Origin: Candidatus Staskawiczbacteria bacterium
GTDB taxonomy: Bacteria; Patescibacteriota; Minisyncoccia; Minisyncoccales; Staskawiczbacteraceae
DNA: 40,512 bases
Direction of reading: 5' to 3'
Assembly: GCA_903928565.1 (NCBI GenBank)
Contig: CAIYRH010000013.1
Span: 1 to 40,512, forward strand
A program made the position numbers and the translations under genes. A model generated the notes under the pieces. It searched no databases. It saw only the letters and a program-made list of their open reading frames with translations, and was not told the origin of the DNA. Shown in pieces: positions 17,901 to 27,071 of the stretch; within the stretch, counting starts at the first letter, position 1, and the number at the start of each line of letters is the position of its first letter.

Positions 17901-18942
17901 TGACCCAATAACTTGGGTTCCAGGCGTTTTTGCAAGCTATACACCCGCTGGTAAATTTGCGCTGGACACTTCATTTTTTAGCAGTAACCCAGGGTTAGGT
18001 TGCAATATATTTTTATATAAATCTCTATACCCGTCTTGGTCGAATGCATTGGGCGTAATGGGGTTTCCTTGCAACGCCGTAGGTAGTACAACCCCTGTTT
18101 ACAATCTTGATATGACATATATTACTGCACCTGGAGATTACGCGTTTTGGGCAGCCGACTCTTCAATTAATTATGGGCATTATTATGAAGCGCATTTTGA
18201 TGGCGCAACCTGGACTGCAATTTCGGGAATGTATTTAAGTGCTGTTACAAACATAACATCTACAACTTATACAATAACTGGACCCACAGCGGGAATTGGC
18301 ACAATAACAAATGTTCCTGCCAACACATCAAAAGCAAACTTTGAAGCAGGTTTAACAAAAAGCGAATCGCATCAAAGCTGGAATGATTCTTCAATTTCAG
18401 ACCCGGTTGCAACTGGCGATAAATTAGTTGTTACCGCCCAAAATGGCACAACAATTGCAACTTATACAATTGCTGTAAATACTCCGCCAGACACAACGCC
18501 ACCAAGCATTATTTCTTATACTTTAAGCAATTCAACCATTTCACCAAATGGCGATGGCACGGCCGACACAACAAATATAGATTTAAAATTTTCAGAACAA
18601 GTAAAAGTTGACATAGATATTGTTGATGCAACTGGCACAAAAATTAAAGATTTGTATAATTCAAATGCAGTAACAAATCCGCAAACAAAGACTTGGGATG
18701 GTAAAAATAATGCGGGCGCGGTTGTGACAGACGGAATTTATACAATTAAAATTGTAATTACAGACCCAGCAGGAAACTCAATTACCGACACCAGCAAAAC
18801 AATTGCCGTTTGTATCCCAATAATTCTGCAAGAAATTATTGACACGCCACCAGTTCAAGACACCCCACCCGATGTCACACCGCCACCAGAAGACTCAACT
18901 CCGCCAGACGATGCATCGCCCGACGTTGTGGTTTCTAGTTGA
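14935..18942 (+). CDS. Large secreted multidomain protein: alpha/beta-hydrolase (GHSQG), Pro-rich linker and coiled coil, lamin-tail-like domain, two FlgD-like Ig domains, three beta-sandwich repeats
   Basis: Signal peptide; FVNGI, ILVGHSQG, GGHSF; ILISEV...FVELFNP...ISLTGW (LTD); ISPNGD...W(N/D)G(R/K)NNAG..V..G.YTIK twice; PV..G.K/T....A..G....Y...V three times. Confidence 0.8.
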   Translation: MKKILLLIFFLLLIPKIIRADTCSPNNYTAIFVNGIFTSQQSYADLDRKLLSNLYQERTGKTNVTFLTGFNPSHGSGAIDVIESATQMYAGGYLDHDLTDILRQIHGDLKTQKVILVGHSQGTFYTNAAYDYLVAHGVNKNSIAVYNVATPADRVAGDGKYLTSSTDEVINSIVRNLTTAASAKKPLPANINIKIPNEKGVDYEGGHSFSQVYLGLAPDKIIGDIDEAINGLTAGEDKENCFVQPEIDALYRVFDEGYLLADDVGKYSNYAATMPYGPNQLISISNTVFKYLYDFGKGIVFNVSQVLAQGKLLGASLLIPNNPPSAPKAVVSEPPPPVVPPAEPANNEVVPPPESRQDQIDDMLDELDLINQRLQVLIAQENQDKKPDDANKKDDTNKNKKPPQTQNTYTNYPKILISEVQVAPVAQRFVELFNPNESAISLTGWYLQRKDSNDTAWGSLVSSTNFSGKIIPANGYFLISREFVGSDILSGITLSNNNVLALKNPNEEISDKVGFGNAIESETAPTSNPNLVQSIGRKVLTAGTEQDTDNNLADFELDTPTPKAQNVTYVAPPPEPPTTPTVASITTYNVSNSTISPNGDLVDDTTNIDLAFSEDVKVTLDIVDSAGVLVKNIYTSDKVKNPATKIWNGRNNAGDLVPNGVYTIKVAFNAFDDTTGNLITDTTQTITVNVPPVILSNDASVTSAVYTISPLVNGAGTIKGVSYMTSKTSFLANLIYATGASLDNSSNFSNPVSTGNKLVVVAQDGTTKATYTITVDTTNWAQGVVDHLSGPNFVFHFNDFLPNQGAACRFNLKIFRDVYPGKKNEQGVGSGGCSGYYAPYNLNMSNSTVPGEYVFYVSYCGGNSCSLNSDDDPVGDYYRLIFDGTNWNSVAVDPTKTRLSNDVAVTASNTYIISEITSATYASGVFTGGTATIKNVRSATPKATFVTAFTPVPGATIDYSNLSDPVKDGDTFTATAENGIAKVVYKVIVDPITWVPGVFASYTPAGKFALDTSFFSSNPGLGCNIFLYKSLYPSWSNALGVMGFPCNAVGSTTPVYNLDMTYITAPGDYAFWAADSSINYGHYYEAHFDGATWTAISGMYLSAVTNITSTTYTITGPTAGIGTITNVPANTSKANFEAGLTKSESHQSWNDSSISDPVATGDKLVVTAQNGTTIATYTIAVNTPPDTTPPSIISYTLSNSTISPNGDGTADTTNIDLKFSEQVKVDIDIVDATGTKIKDLYNSNAVTNPQTKTWDGKNNAGAVVTDGIYTIKIVITDPAGNSITDTSKTIAVCIPIILQEIIDTPPVQDTPPDVTPPPEDSTPPDDASPDVVVSS

Positions 18943-18967
18943 CATAAATATTATTTCAGTATAAATT
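18939..18967 (+). promoter_or_regulatory. Sigma-70 promoter for the orphan gene at 19055
   Basis: TTGACA-N17-TAAATT overlapping the upstream stop codon. Confidence 0.55.
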
Positions 18968-19054
18968 AAGTGGTAGAACTTAATAGATGAATCTAATTTT
19001 GCGCAATTGCAAAAGAAAGAGGAATCAAACCAACGCAGAAACAAGGAGGTCAAA

Positions 19055-19852
19055 ATGCAAGCCAACACTCATCCTGGGCCACAACACGAAATGGCCAAGA
19101 CTGCAGTTCTTGTTCCAACCGTTATCAACTACGCGCTAGTCTCTGGAGAAAATAAGCTTCAGTCGGTATTTATTCAATGGTTTGGAGAAGCCGATAGCCC
19201 ATATATGCCAAAAGACGCGCAATTCTTTTTTGACACGGGGCATGACAAAGATGATCCTGTATGGCTGGGACACATAGACACCTTCAAGGTGGTTTTTATC
19301 GGCCAAATTCAGTATTGGCCGAATCCAGACGTCATTGGGAGTATGATGGAAATGACGGGTGGGACACCAACAACTAATATCGTATGGATGATGAGTCCAG
19401 TCAGCTTGGGAATTGGCAGACCTTCTTCGTCAATGATGCGCGTTATTGTTCTTGGCGACCCTGTCTGTGGCGTCATTGAGCCAAGACTATATGTCGATTT
19501 GACGGTAAGAGACAAAGTCATGGCGGAGCTTGAAGCTAACATGTCGTTGGCTGACAAGTTGCTTGCAAACCCAACGATGGAATTACCGGCTGAAGACGTG
19601 ACATGGGCCGATGAATGGCCAAGTTGTAACACTTGCGAACCTTTGGAACATAGCCACAGAAGCAAACCGGGAGTTCCTCCCGGTGGAAATCGCTATGATT
19701 TATCATATTTATGTCCTGTTTGTGGACGACGGTGGTGGCAGTATAACGACCATTTTCATCTCTGGAAACACGTGAAAAATCAGCACGAATGGGACTCTAT
19801 TCGGCGCACGCAAATTTACAAAGATGCTGGTCTCGAGCCTTTTGAAGATTAG
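19055..19852 (+). CDS. Hypothetical protein with a C-terminal putative Zn-binding region
   Basis: Start moved to the ATG after an AAGGAGG Shine-Dalgarno; CNTC..EHSH...CPVCG..WW...HFH.W.H. Confidence 0.7.
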   Translation: MQANTHPGPQHEMAKTAVLVPTVINYALVSGENKLQSVFIQWFGEADSPYMPKDAQFFFDTGHDKDDPVWLGHIDTFKVVFIGQIQYWPNPDVIGSMMEMTGGTPTTNIVWMMSPVSLGIGRPSSSMMRVIVLGDPVCGVIEPRLYVDLTVRDKVMAELEANMSLADKLLANPTMELPAEDVTWADEWPSCNTCEPLEHSHRSKPGVPPGGNRYDLSYLCPVCGRRWWQYNDHFHLWKHVKNQHEWDSIRRTQIYKDAGLEPFED

Positions 19853-20032
19853 GTAAACAGAAATTGTTTATCATGTCCCTGCATCAAACTTGCAAGAGTT
19901 TGGGGTGGGGCTTTTTATTTAAAAATAAATTTGGAACCTCAATAATTTTTGCAAAAAATTAAAATTCGTAGTAGGCTTGAAGCTAAGAGCAAGCGGTTTT
20001 GTTCTTTCACAACTTTACTTGGAGGAATTGCT

Positions 20033-20332
20033 ATGAGCGAACATAAAAAGAAAATAGACAAAGTTGAGTGCGCAAAGAAAAAAACTGGCGTGACATTCTC
20101 CTTCTTTGGGGGAGGACTACTCTTTGGATTTTTCGGTCTTATTATGATGTTTGGAGGAATGATGCAAGAAGTCACAGCCTCAACGTATCGTTCTATTTTC
20201 AAAAATGAGTGGTATATTGCTGGCGAAATAGCAGTTCCAATTGGCATTGCAGTGTCACTTATTGCTTTCTTTAAGCTTCGTCAGCCGACAACAAGAAGAA
20301 AACAGAAACCAGCCGGAAAGGAAATGCCATGA
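20033..20332 (+). CDS. Small two-TM hypothetical membrane protein
   Basis: GGAGG before the ATG at 20033; two hydrophobic segments; ATGA overlap with the next gene. Confidence 0.6.
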   Translation: MSEHKKKIDKVECAKKKTGVTFSFFGGGLLFGFFGLIMMFGGMMQEVTASTYRSIFKNEWYIAGEIAVPIGIAVSLIAFFKLRQPTTRRKQKPAGKEMP

Positions 20333-20796
20333 ACAAAATTATGGGACTCTCTATTACTCAATTGATGGAGCACCTGAAAAGTGGACTTGAAGTGACACAT
20401 TGCCAACACAAGTACGGCTATGTTTCTCTTATTGAGACAGATGGCAACGGAGCAGTTTTATTTAAATTGTATTGCGGGTGCGACATTCACCTTTGCGCGA
20501 AGCAAGAAGCAGACAGGCTTTGCCACCAATCTCGTGAGCGAGCTATTATGTTGCTCCGCGCAACAAATCAGGAAAGCGGTTCTGAAACTGATCAACCGGG
20601 CGCCATAAGAGCTGGCCTTATTATTGTTGCATTTGCAGGATCAGGATCAGACCGCAAAGACGAAGCGCTGACATTTTGGCTGGCCTACATGTTTGGCTGG
20701 CTTACTGGCAAAGAAGCGCGCAGGATTGCTCGAAAGGGTGGCAATGGCATGGCTTTGAATTATTTAACAGACAAAATTCTAAATCAAACCAGCTGA
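20329..20796 (+). CDS. Hypothetical protein (weak resemblance to the GlcG/HbpS heme-binding fold)
   Basis: Translationally coupled ORF; C-terminal PGAIRAGLIIVAFAGSGSDRKDEA. Confidence 0.55.
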   Translation: MNKIMGLSITQLMEHLKSGLEVTHCQHKYGYVSLIETDGNGAVLFKLYCGCDIHLCAKQEADRLCHQSRERAIMLLRATNQESGSETDQPGAIRAGLIIVAFAGSGSDRKDEALTFWLAYMFGWLTGKEARRIARKGGNGMALNYLTDKILNQTS

Positions 20797-20813
20797 AGAA
20801 AGGAATAACCAAA

Positions 20814-21071
20814 ATGAAACGTTCATGGGACGATCCAGATGTCTGGTGGGACGACGAAGAAAAATCAAACGACACAAATGAGCCCATGGCTGTAGAGTTT
20901 CACGACGATTACGCCGACCCAGAAATGCCAACATGGCTCGTGGTCTTATTAATAACAATTGCAATTCTTTGCTTGGCTGGCAGTATTGCCTTTTGTATTT
21001 TTTGTGAACCAAACCCCGCGGTGGAAACATTGTGGGTCTTTTTTTGCCCAATTTCCAAAAAAGTGTTATAA
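20814..21071 (+). CDS. Small acidic single-TM hypothetical protein
   Basis: AAGGA before the ATG at 20814; MKRSWDDPDVWWDDEEK acidic N-terminus, then one TM helix. Confidence 0.5.
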   Translation: MKRSWDDPDVWWDDEEKSNDTNEPMAVEFHDDYADPEMPTWLVVLLITIAILCLAGSIAFCIFCEPNPAVETLWVFFCPISKKVL

Positions 21072-21079
21072 AAAGAACT

Positions 21080-22096
21080 ATGAATATAGATAATTTGGAA
21101 AAAGTTTTGGCAACCGAACCAAAATACCGCCTAACGCAAGCAAAAGAGGCGGTTTTAAAAAACTTTATTTCCAATTGGGCAGAAGCTACTTTTTTTACAA
21201 AAGAATTACGCGATAAATTAAACAAAGAATGTCCACTTGAAATTAATTCGGACGTTTTAGTTTCTAAAAAAGAAGACAGCGTTAAGGCACGCATAACTTT
21301 GCACGACGGCCTGCAAACCGAAACAGTTTTAATGCGCCACGAAGACGGCCGAAATACTGTTTGCGTTTCTTCGCAAGTTGGCTGCCCGCTAGGCTGTTTA
21401 TTCTGCGCCACTGGCAAAATGGGGCTGAAAAGAAGTTTAACAACAAATGAAATTATAGAACAAGTGATATTTTTCAACAGGTACCTGAAAAAAATCATCC
21501 CGAGCGAAGTCGAGGGATTATTCCATGGTGTCACCAACGTCACATTCATGGGCATGGGCGAACCATTTCTAAATTACAACAATGTTTTAGACGCTGTAAG
21601 AATATTTAACGATTACAAATATTTTAACATTGGCGTGCGCTCAATTTCAATTTCAACAGCTGGAATTATTGAAGGCATAGAAAAATTAAGTAATGAAAAA
21701 TTACACGTAAATTTGGCAATTTCGCTTCATGCGCCCAATGACAAATTGCGAAGTGAATTAATGCCCATAGATAAAAAATACCCCTTGCCCAAAGTTTTAA
21801 AAGCAGTTGACGAATATATTAAAAAAACAAACAGGAAGGTTATGTTTGAATATGTCTTAATTAAAGATGTAAATGATTTGCCAGAGAATGCGCGCGAATT
21901 AGCTACAATAATGAATAAAAAATTATATTTTGTAAACTTAATTTTATACAACGATACTGGTATTTATGAGGCTTCAACAACACAACGCGTAAAAGAATTT
22001 AGAGACATTTTAGAAAAATTAAAAATACGCTACACTCAGCGTTACAGATTTGGCGACGACATTTCGGCTGCCTGCGGGCAATTCAAAACTACTTAG
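21080..22096 (+). CDS. rlmN: 23S rRNA (adenine2503-C2)-methyltransferase, radical SAM
   Basis: CVSSQVGCPLGCLFCATG, FMGMGEP, ISLHAP, FEYVLI..VND, DISAACGQ; start taken at MNIDNL. Confidence 0.96.
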   Translation: MNIDNLEKVLATEPKYRLTQAKEAVLKNFISNWAEATFFTKELRDKLNKECPLEINSDVLVSKKEDSVKARITLHDGLQTETVLMRHEDGRNTVCVSSQVGCPLGCLFCATGKMGLKRSLTTNEIIEQVIFFNRYLKKIIPSEVEGLFHGVTNVTFMGMGEPFLNYNNVLDAVRIFNDYKYFNIGVRSISISTAGIIEGIEKLSNEKLHVNLAISLHAPNDKLRSELMPIDKKYPLPKVLKAVDEYIKKTNRKVMFEYVLIKDVNDLPENARELATIMNKKLYFVNLILYNDTGIYEASTTQRVKEFRDILEKLKIRYTQRYRFGDDISAACGQFKTT

Positions 22097-22655
22097 AACT
22101 TGCCCACTTGCAACCAACCGCACCCGTTTGGGCCTGCTTTTCGGCTGAAGTTATTTCAGCTTTATATTTTAAATCGGGCGCATAAAAACGAGCAACCGCC
22201 AAACCCTCTTTTACTAATTGCACATCAATGTTTGCTGCGCCCAAAAAAATATAGCGCAAACACCTGCCGTATTGGTCAACGTCGGTTTTATCTTTTTCTA
22301 AAATAACCTGTTTGCCTAAAACTAAATTTTCTAAACGCGTTTTTGCCGGCTCATAACACGGGTAGCCTTTTTCATCTGCATCCATGCCCAAAAGTCGCAC
22401 ATGGTAACCACCCTCAACAACAACCGTGTCGCCGTCAATTACTTTTGTAACAATGGTATTATTGTCTGCGCCACACGAAGCAGAACTCTCTGACGTTGCT
22501 ATTCCAATGTTCTTGAGAACATGAGAATAGTCATTTGTAGATGGAATCACCTTTTCGGCTATTCCGTTATTCCGCGGAATATTGGAATAGTAATAAATAC
22601 CAATTATTATTGCCGCAATGATTATTGCAAAAAATATTCTTGTTTCTTTTAACAT
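22089..22655 (-). CDS. Membrane-anchored thermonuclease (SNase family)
   Basis: N-terminal TM; VIDGDT, VRLLGMDADE, DQYGRCLRY, LVKEGLA. Confidence 0.92.
   Translation of the reverse strand: MLKETRIFFAIIIAAIIIGIYYYSNIPRNNGIAEKVIPSTNDYSHVLKNIGIATSESSASCGADNNTIVTKVIDGDTVVVEGGYHVRLLGMDADEKGYPCYEPAKTRLENLVLGKQVILEKDKTDVDQYGRCLRYIFLGAANIDVQLVKEGLAVARFYAPDLKYKAEITSAEKQAQTGAVGCKWASSK
22499..22530. repeat. 32-bp palindromic element (CTATTC family), copy A
   Basis: CTATTCCAATGTTCTTGAGAACATGAGAATAG; 31/32 identical to 33259-33290. Confidence 0.9.
22559..22590. repeat. 32-bp palindromic element (CTATTC family), copy B
   Basis: CTATTCCGTTATTCCGCGGAATATTGGAATAG: same length, same termini, same inner TTC-N4-GAA. 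Confidence 0.8.
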
Positions 22656-22686
22656 TATTTTATTTTACCATAAAAATATTTTACAT

Positions 22687-22716
22687 AAAAAAAAGAGTCG
22701 AGAACTTGTCTCGACT
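22687..22716 (-). terminator. Intrinsic terminator
   Basis: AGTCGAGA-5-TCTCGACT hairpin followed by a U-tract on the minus strand. Confidence 0.75.
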
Positions 22717-22727
22717 TTAGGCGGTTG

Positions 22728-23387
22728 CTAAGCAACCATGTGATCTTCCAGTTGATCCTGCCAAACTGCGAAAAGTGCGGCTTGATGCTGTGCGGAAAGG
22801 TAAGGACCATTTTCATCAGCCGGGTTGGGGTGAAATGCCTTCGACTTTACGAGCTTTACAGCATGCGGTCTTTCTTGGCAAAATTCACCAAATAAACTGC
22901 GGAGACTTCTGATGTCCGGTAATTTAACATCTTTCCAAGTCACCATTAACTGGCCTGTCTCAATGATCTTCCTGGCGACCATTGGAAGTTCTTGGCCAAA
23001 CACTTCAAGTGCGGCCTTGAAAATCCACCAGTGGTGATCGCGATCTTCGACGCGGTAATCCGCGACATCTGGCTTAAACATTACCCCGTCTTCCGTTGGG
23101 GCAATCGAAGCCATAATGCCAAATTGCAAAACGACATTATCCGAGGCGTGGGGACCAAAGCGGATGCCCTTTTGAATGAGTGCATGCCGAAATGGCTCGT
23201 TTACAGGTAAATGCGCGACAGGTTTTGAGATCCAATACCCATCAACCTTGCGAGCAGGCACCATGCCATAAGCGTTATAAGCCAGATTCACCAAATCACG
23301 GTGAAGGTGTAGAACGCCATCGATTAACCGCCTTTGCGCTGCTAATTTTTCTCGGTTCATGGTTTTATCTCCGGTTAAAGATTTCAA
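22728..23387 (-). CDS. Hypothetical protein (start may be ATG 23360)
   Basis: Long, higher-GC ORF with a GGAG SD, its own promoter and its own terminator; no family recognised. Confidence 0.7.
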   Translation of the reverse strand: MKSLTGDKTMNREKLAAQRRLIDGVLHLHRDLVNLAYNAYGMVPARKVDGYWISKPVAHLPVNEPFRHALIQKGIRFGPHASDNVVLQFGIMASIAPTEDGVMFKPDVADYRVEDRDHHWWIFKAALEVFGQELPMVARKIIETGQLMVTWKDVKLPDIRSLRSLFGEFCQERPHAVKLVKSKAFHPNPADENGPYLSAQHQAALFAVWQDQLEDHMVA

Positions 23388-23451
23388 CGAGCAGTCAATT
23401 ATCGCTGGTCGTTAAATTCATACTAGCAATTCTAATTTAATTGTCAAATCT

Positions 23452-23488
23452 AAAAACCGCCCACAACATAAATTGGGGCGGTTTTTTT
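23452..23488. terminator. Intrinsic terminator downstream of clpB
   Basis: AAAAACCGCCC...GGGCGGTTTTT. Confidence 0.8.
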
Positions 23489-23500
23489 AAATTTAGTTTT

Positions 23501-26242
23501 TTACTTTTTTGTTTTTACCAATCTGCGAGTATTGTTCATTTTAGGCAAATATTTTGCCTCGCCCATAGGCTTACGGCCGAGGGGTAAATCAAAAACAATT
23601 TTGCCAGCTTTTTCATCAACCAAAATTCTGCTCCCTTCAGAAATTTCATTGGCAACAATTTTCACAGACAACGGATCTAAAATTAAACGCTGAATAACGC
23701 GCTTCATTGGCCTGGCACCCAAATTTGGGTCAAACCCTTCTTTCACCAAAAATTCTTTAGCTTTTTCAGAAATATCAATTTTTATTTCTTTAGTGGCCAA
23801 ACGCTTTTCAACTTTCAATAATTCCAAATTAACAATTGTTTTTATTTCTTCTTTCTTTAGATAATTGAAGATAACAATTTCGTCAATTCTATTTAAAAAT
23901 TCCGGTCTAAAAGAATCTCGCAGAGTATCAAATATTTTTTCCCTCATATTTTCTCTTTGAACCAATTCTTCTTTATTGCTAAACCCAAGTGAAGACATTT
24001 TATTAATGTAGTCACTACCCAAGTTAGAAGTCATTATAATTATTGTATTTTTAAATGACACCATTCTGCCCTTAGAGTCGGTGAGCCGGCCGTCTTCAAA
24101 AATTTGCAACAAAATGTTAAACACATCGGGGTGGGCTTTTTCAACTTCGTCGAGCAACAAAACCGAATATGGTCTTCTTCGAACTTTTTCGGTTAACTGG
24201 CCCGATTCTTCGTAACCAACATAACCTGGCGGACTTCCAATAATTTTTGAAACCGTGTGGCGTTCCATATATTCGGACATATCAAGACGAATCATTGCCT
24301 TTTCGTCATCGAATAAAAATTCTGCTAAAGCTCTGGCGGTTTCTGTTTTTCCAACTCCAGTTGGCCCCAAAAACAAGAACGAACCCAATGGTTTACTTTC
24401 TTCAGATATTCCCGCCCTGGCTCTGCGTATAGCCCGTGAAATGGCTGAAATTGCCTCGTGTTGGCCGATAACTCGTTTATTCAGAGTCTCTTCCATTGTT
24501 TCTAATTTTTTGGCTTCTTCGGTAATTAAACGCATTACCGGAATGCCGGTCCAGCGTGAAACAACACGCGCCACCTCTTCTTCTGTAACTTCTTCTTTTA
24601 AAAATCTGTGTTCTTTTTGAATTTTAATTAATTTTTGTTCGGTAGCAGCTAGCTCTTTTAATAATTCGGGAATTTTTCCATATTTTATTTCTGCAACTTT
24701 TTCTAAGTCGGCTTCGCGTTGAGCAATTTCGGTTTGATACGACAAATTATCAACTTTTTCTCTAATGTCTTTAATTTTGTTAATTAATTCTTTTTCAGCG
24801 CCCCATTTTAAACGCAATGCTTTAGTTTTTTCGTTTAAGTCGGCCAATTCTCTGGCAATAACTTTTAACCTGCGTTCGCTTCCCTTCTCTTTTTTTAAGG
24901 CCTGTTTTTCAATTTCAAGCTTCATAATGTCTTCATCAAATTTTTCTAACTCTTGCGGGTCGGACTCAATTTCCAATCTTAAAGCGCTAGCGGCTTCATC
25001 CATTAAGTCAACCGCTTTGTCTGGTAAAAACCTGTCGGCAATGTACCGGCTCGCCAAATCAACTGCGGCTTTAATGGCCGAGTCTTTTATTTTTACGCCA
25101 TGGTGAACTTCATATTTTTCTTTAATTCCCCGCAACATTGCAGTGGCATCTTCAATGCTTGGTTCTTGCACAAAAATTGGCTGAAACCTTCTTTCTAGTG
25201 CAGGATCTTTTTCAATGTATTTTTGGTACTCGCGCAAAGTTGTAGCTCCAATTGCCCTTAATTCGCCACGAGCCAAAGCTGGTTTTAGCAAATTTGAAGC
25301 ATCAATGGCGCCTTCGGCAGCCCCCGCTCCCACCAAAGTGTGAAGTTCGTCAATAAACAAAATATATTTACCAGCAGCTCTTGAAAGCTCTTTTAACAAG
25401 GCCTTAATTCTAGTTTCAAATTCTCCCCTGTATTTTGTGCCCGCAATTATAGAACCCAAATCTAAAGAAATAATTTCTTTATTTTTTAAAAAATCTGGCA
25501 CGCTTCCTCGAGCAATTCTTTGGGCAAAACCTTCAACAATGGCAGTTTTTCCAACACCCGCTTCGCCAATTAAAACTGGATTATTTTTTGTTCTGCGAGA
25601 AATTATTTGCATTAAGCGTCTAATTTCATTATCTCTACCAATTATTGGGTCAATTTTTCCGGCAGCCGCCAAATTAGTTAAGTTTCTAGTGTATTTTTCA
25701 ATTACTTGGTATTTTGATTCTGGGTCGGGGTCTGTAATTCTTTCTGACCCTCTAATTTGTGACAAAATTTTCATTACCGCTTCATAATCAAGTTTTGAAT
25801 TCTTCAAACCGGCTCCGTCTATTCCCGAAGGGCTCCCCGACAAAAAATTAATTTTTTCCAAAATATCTTTAGCTCCCGATTTTGTGTCTAACAATGCCAA
25901 AAACAAATGCTCAATAGAAATAAATTCATCATTCATTTTTACTGCTTCTTGGCGGGCTCTGTCTAAAACTTTTGCCATGTCCTGCGTTAAATAAAACTGG
26001 CCAAATGCCTGCGACACGGCAATAACCGGAATTTTTAAAATTTGCGCATCAACTTTTTTTATCAGCAAATCAGCATCAACTCCAAGTTTTTGCAAAATTG
26101 TAAGTACAATAGAACCTTCCTGTGTTAACAAAACAGATAATAAATGCAAAGCATCAATTTGTGATTGCCCCTTCTCTTGGGCCAACTGCTGTGCCTGCAT
26201 TAAAGCGTCTTGTGCTTTATTGGTAAAATTTGCTCCGTTCAT
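23501..26242 (-). CDS. clpB: ATP-dependent chaperone ClpB
   Basis: Clp-N domain, two AAA+ modules ([16 protein letters not shown]), and a long coiled-coil middle domain ([11 protein letters not shown]). Confidence 0.95.
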   Translation of the reverse strand: MNGANFTNKAQDALMQAQQLAQEKGQSQIDALHLLSVLLTQEGSIVLTILQKLGVDADLLIKKVDAQILKIPVIAVSQAFGQFYLTQDMAKVLDRARQEAVKMNDEFISIEHLFLALLDTKSGAKDILEKINFLSGSPSGIDGAGLKNSKLDYEAVMKILSQIRGSERITDPDPESKYQVIEKYTRNLTNLAAAGKIDPIIGRDNEIRRLMQIISRRTKNNPVLIGEAGVGKTAIVEGFAQRIARGSVPDFLKNKEIISLDLGSIIAGTKYRGEFETRIKALLKELSRAAGKYILFIDELHTLVGAGAAEGAIDASNLLKPALARGELRAIGATTLREYQKYIEKDPALERRFQPIFVQEPSIEDATAMLRGIKEKYEVHHGVKIKDSAIKAAVDLASRYIADRFLPDKAVDLMDEAASALRLEIESDPQELEKFDEDIMKLEIEKQALKKEKGSERRLKVIARELADLNEKTKALRLKWGAEKELINKIKDIREKVDNLSYQTEIAQREADLEKVAEIKYGKIPELLKELAATEQKLIKIQKEHRFLKEEVTEEEVARVVSRWTGIPVMRLITEEAKKLETMEETLNKRVIGQHEAISAISRAIRRARAGISEESKPLGSFLFLGPTGVGKTETARALAEFLFDDEKAMIRLDMSEYMERHTVSKIIGSPPGYVGYEESGQLTEKVRRRPYSVLLLDEVEKAHPDVFNILLQIFEDGRLTDSKGRMVSFKNTIIIMTSNLGSDYINKMSSLGFSNKEELVQRENMREKIFDTLRDSFRPEFLNRIDEIVIFNYLKKEEIKTIVNLELLKVEKRLATKEIKIDISEKAKEFLVKEGFDPNLGARPMKRVIQRLILDPLSVKIVANEISEGSRILVDEKAGKIVFDLPLGRKPMGEAKYLPKMNNTRRLVKTKK

Positions 26243-26321
26243 TTTTTATTTTTTTATTTATGTATTTATAATACTAATACGTTTAATAATATTATTTTAG
26301 TCTAAATATTATATTAAATCA

Positions 26322-26348
26322 ATAGCACTCTCAAGTCAAGAGTGATAA
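26322..26348. promoter_or_regulatory. CIRCE element (HrcA operator) upstream of clpB
   Basis: ATAGCACTC-N9-GAGTGATAA versus the consensus TTAGCACTC-N9-GAGTGCTAA; a minus-strand TTGACT -35 lies in the spacer. Confidence 0.9.
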
Positions 26349-26425
26349 CCTGTTAATAAAGTCACAAAAAAAATCCCCGCAAGCTTGATGGCCATTGGGG
26401 AAAAAATAGATTCGGCGAGCTTAGC

Positions 26426-26842
26426 TCACCCTTGCACGGTCGCTTCGACGAGGTTGTTTTTGGCTCTTGCGGCCTCTTCCTCTAATGCAGCTTTTGCTGC
26501 CATTTCTGCTTTTGCTTTTTCTTCTAAGGCGACGACCAGAAGCTTTCTGTCAGAGAAGTAGCGTGATCTGCCACTGTAAACTTCCGTACCATCGCGATAA
26601 ATGTGGAACCAACCCGATGGATCCTCTACCGCGGCAATTCCGTCATGAAAGTCGCCAGCAAACTTCAAATTACGCTGATAAACGCGATGATCTTGTTCGT
26701 CAACGTGATACCATTTGCGCTTACTAGGGTCGAGTCCGTCACAAACCACATAAAGTCCCTCGGAATGCCCGAGAACACGATTATGATTCAATTCCAACCA
26801 CTCTCTTATCGCTTGTATCCTTCTCATTTCTTGCATTATCAT
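26426..26842 (-). CDS. Small WG-repeat-like hypothetical protein
   Basis: AGDFHDGIAAVEDPSGWFHIYRDG and HSEGLYVV...WYHVD resemble WG/KWG repeats; AAGGA SD; helical tail. Confidence 0.65.
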   Translation of the reverse strand: MIMQEMRRIQAIREWLELNHNRVLGHSEGLYVVCDGLDPSKRKWYHVDEQDHRVYQRNLKFAGDFHDGIAAVEDPSGWFHIYRDGTEVYSGRSRYFSDRKLLVVALEEKAKAEMAAKAALEEEAARAKNNLVEATVQG

Positions 26843-26898
26843 AACGATCCTTTCATGGTGAATTGTTACAGATTGTGAATGTGCTGTATCGCACGTTT

Positions 26899-26925
26899 TA
26901 AAAAAGCTCCTCGTCGAGAGGAGCT
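26899..26925 (-). terminator. Intrinsic terminator / attenuator hairpin
   Basis: AGCTCCTC-TCGAC-GAGGAGCT followed by a U-run. Confidence 0.8.
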
Positions 26926-26953
26926 CATTTGAAGTTTTAATTTATTTTTGAAA

Positions 26954-27031
26954 TTAAACGCTCAAATCAACCTCTCTCTTAAAGAAGCTAAAGTAGAAAA
27001 ACCAGTTATTATTACGGTTGATATGATTCAT
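26954..27031 (-). CDS. Putative 25-aa leader peptide MNHINRNNNWFFYFSFFKREVDLSV
   Basis: ATG just after a sigma-70 promoter; 7 aromatic codons in 8 positions; its 3' end overlaps an antiterminator arm. Confidence 0.6.
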   Translation of the reverse strand: MNHINRNNNWFFYFSFFKREVDLSV

Positions 27032-27039
27032 ATGATTAT

Positions 27040-27068
27040 AATTTAGCAAATACAGTCCAAAGTGTCAA
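27040..27068 (-). promoter_or_regulatory. Sigma-70 promoter
   Basis: TTGACA-N17-TAAATT, preceded by TGC (extended -10). Confidence 0.7.
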
Positions 27069-27071
27069 TAC

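Noticed and set aside
20779-21555. 258-aa antisense ORF and other shadow ORFs in the track
   Set aside because: They overlap well-supported genes such as rlmN, clpB and the surface protein on the opposite strand or frame and have no motifs.
25805-25842. GC-rich linker in ClpB ([11 protein letters not shown]) as a mobile insert
   Set aside because: No clear palindrome or second copy, and this linker is naturally variable.
19882-26390. Shared CATCAARCTTGC in 3' regions of two orphan genes (19882-19893; minus 26379-26390)
   Set aside because: An 11/12 match in two places could be chance.
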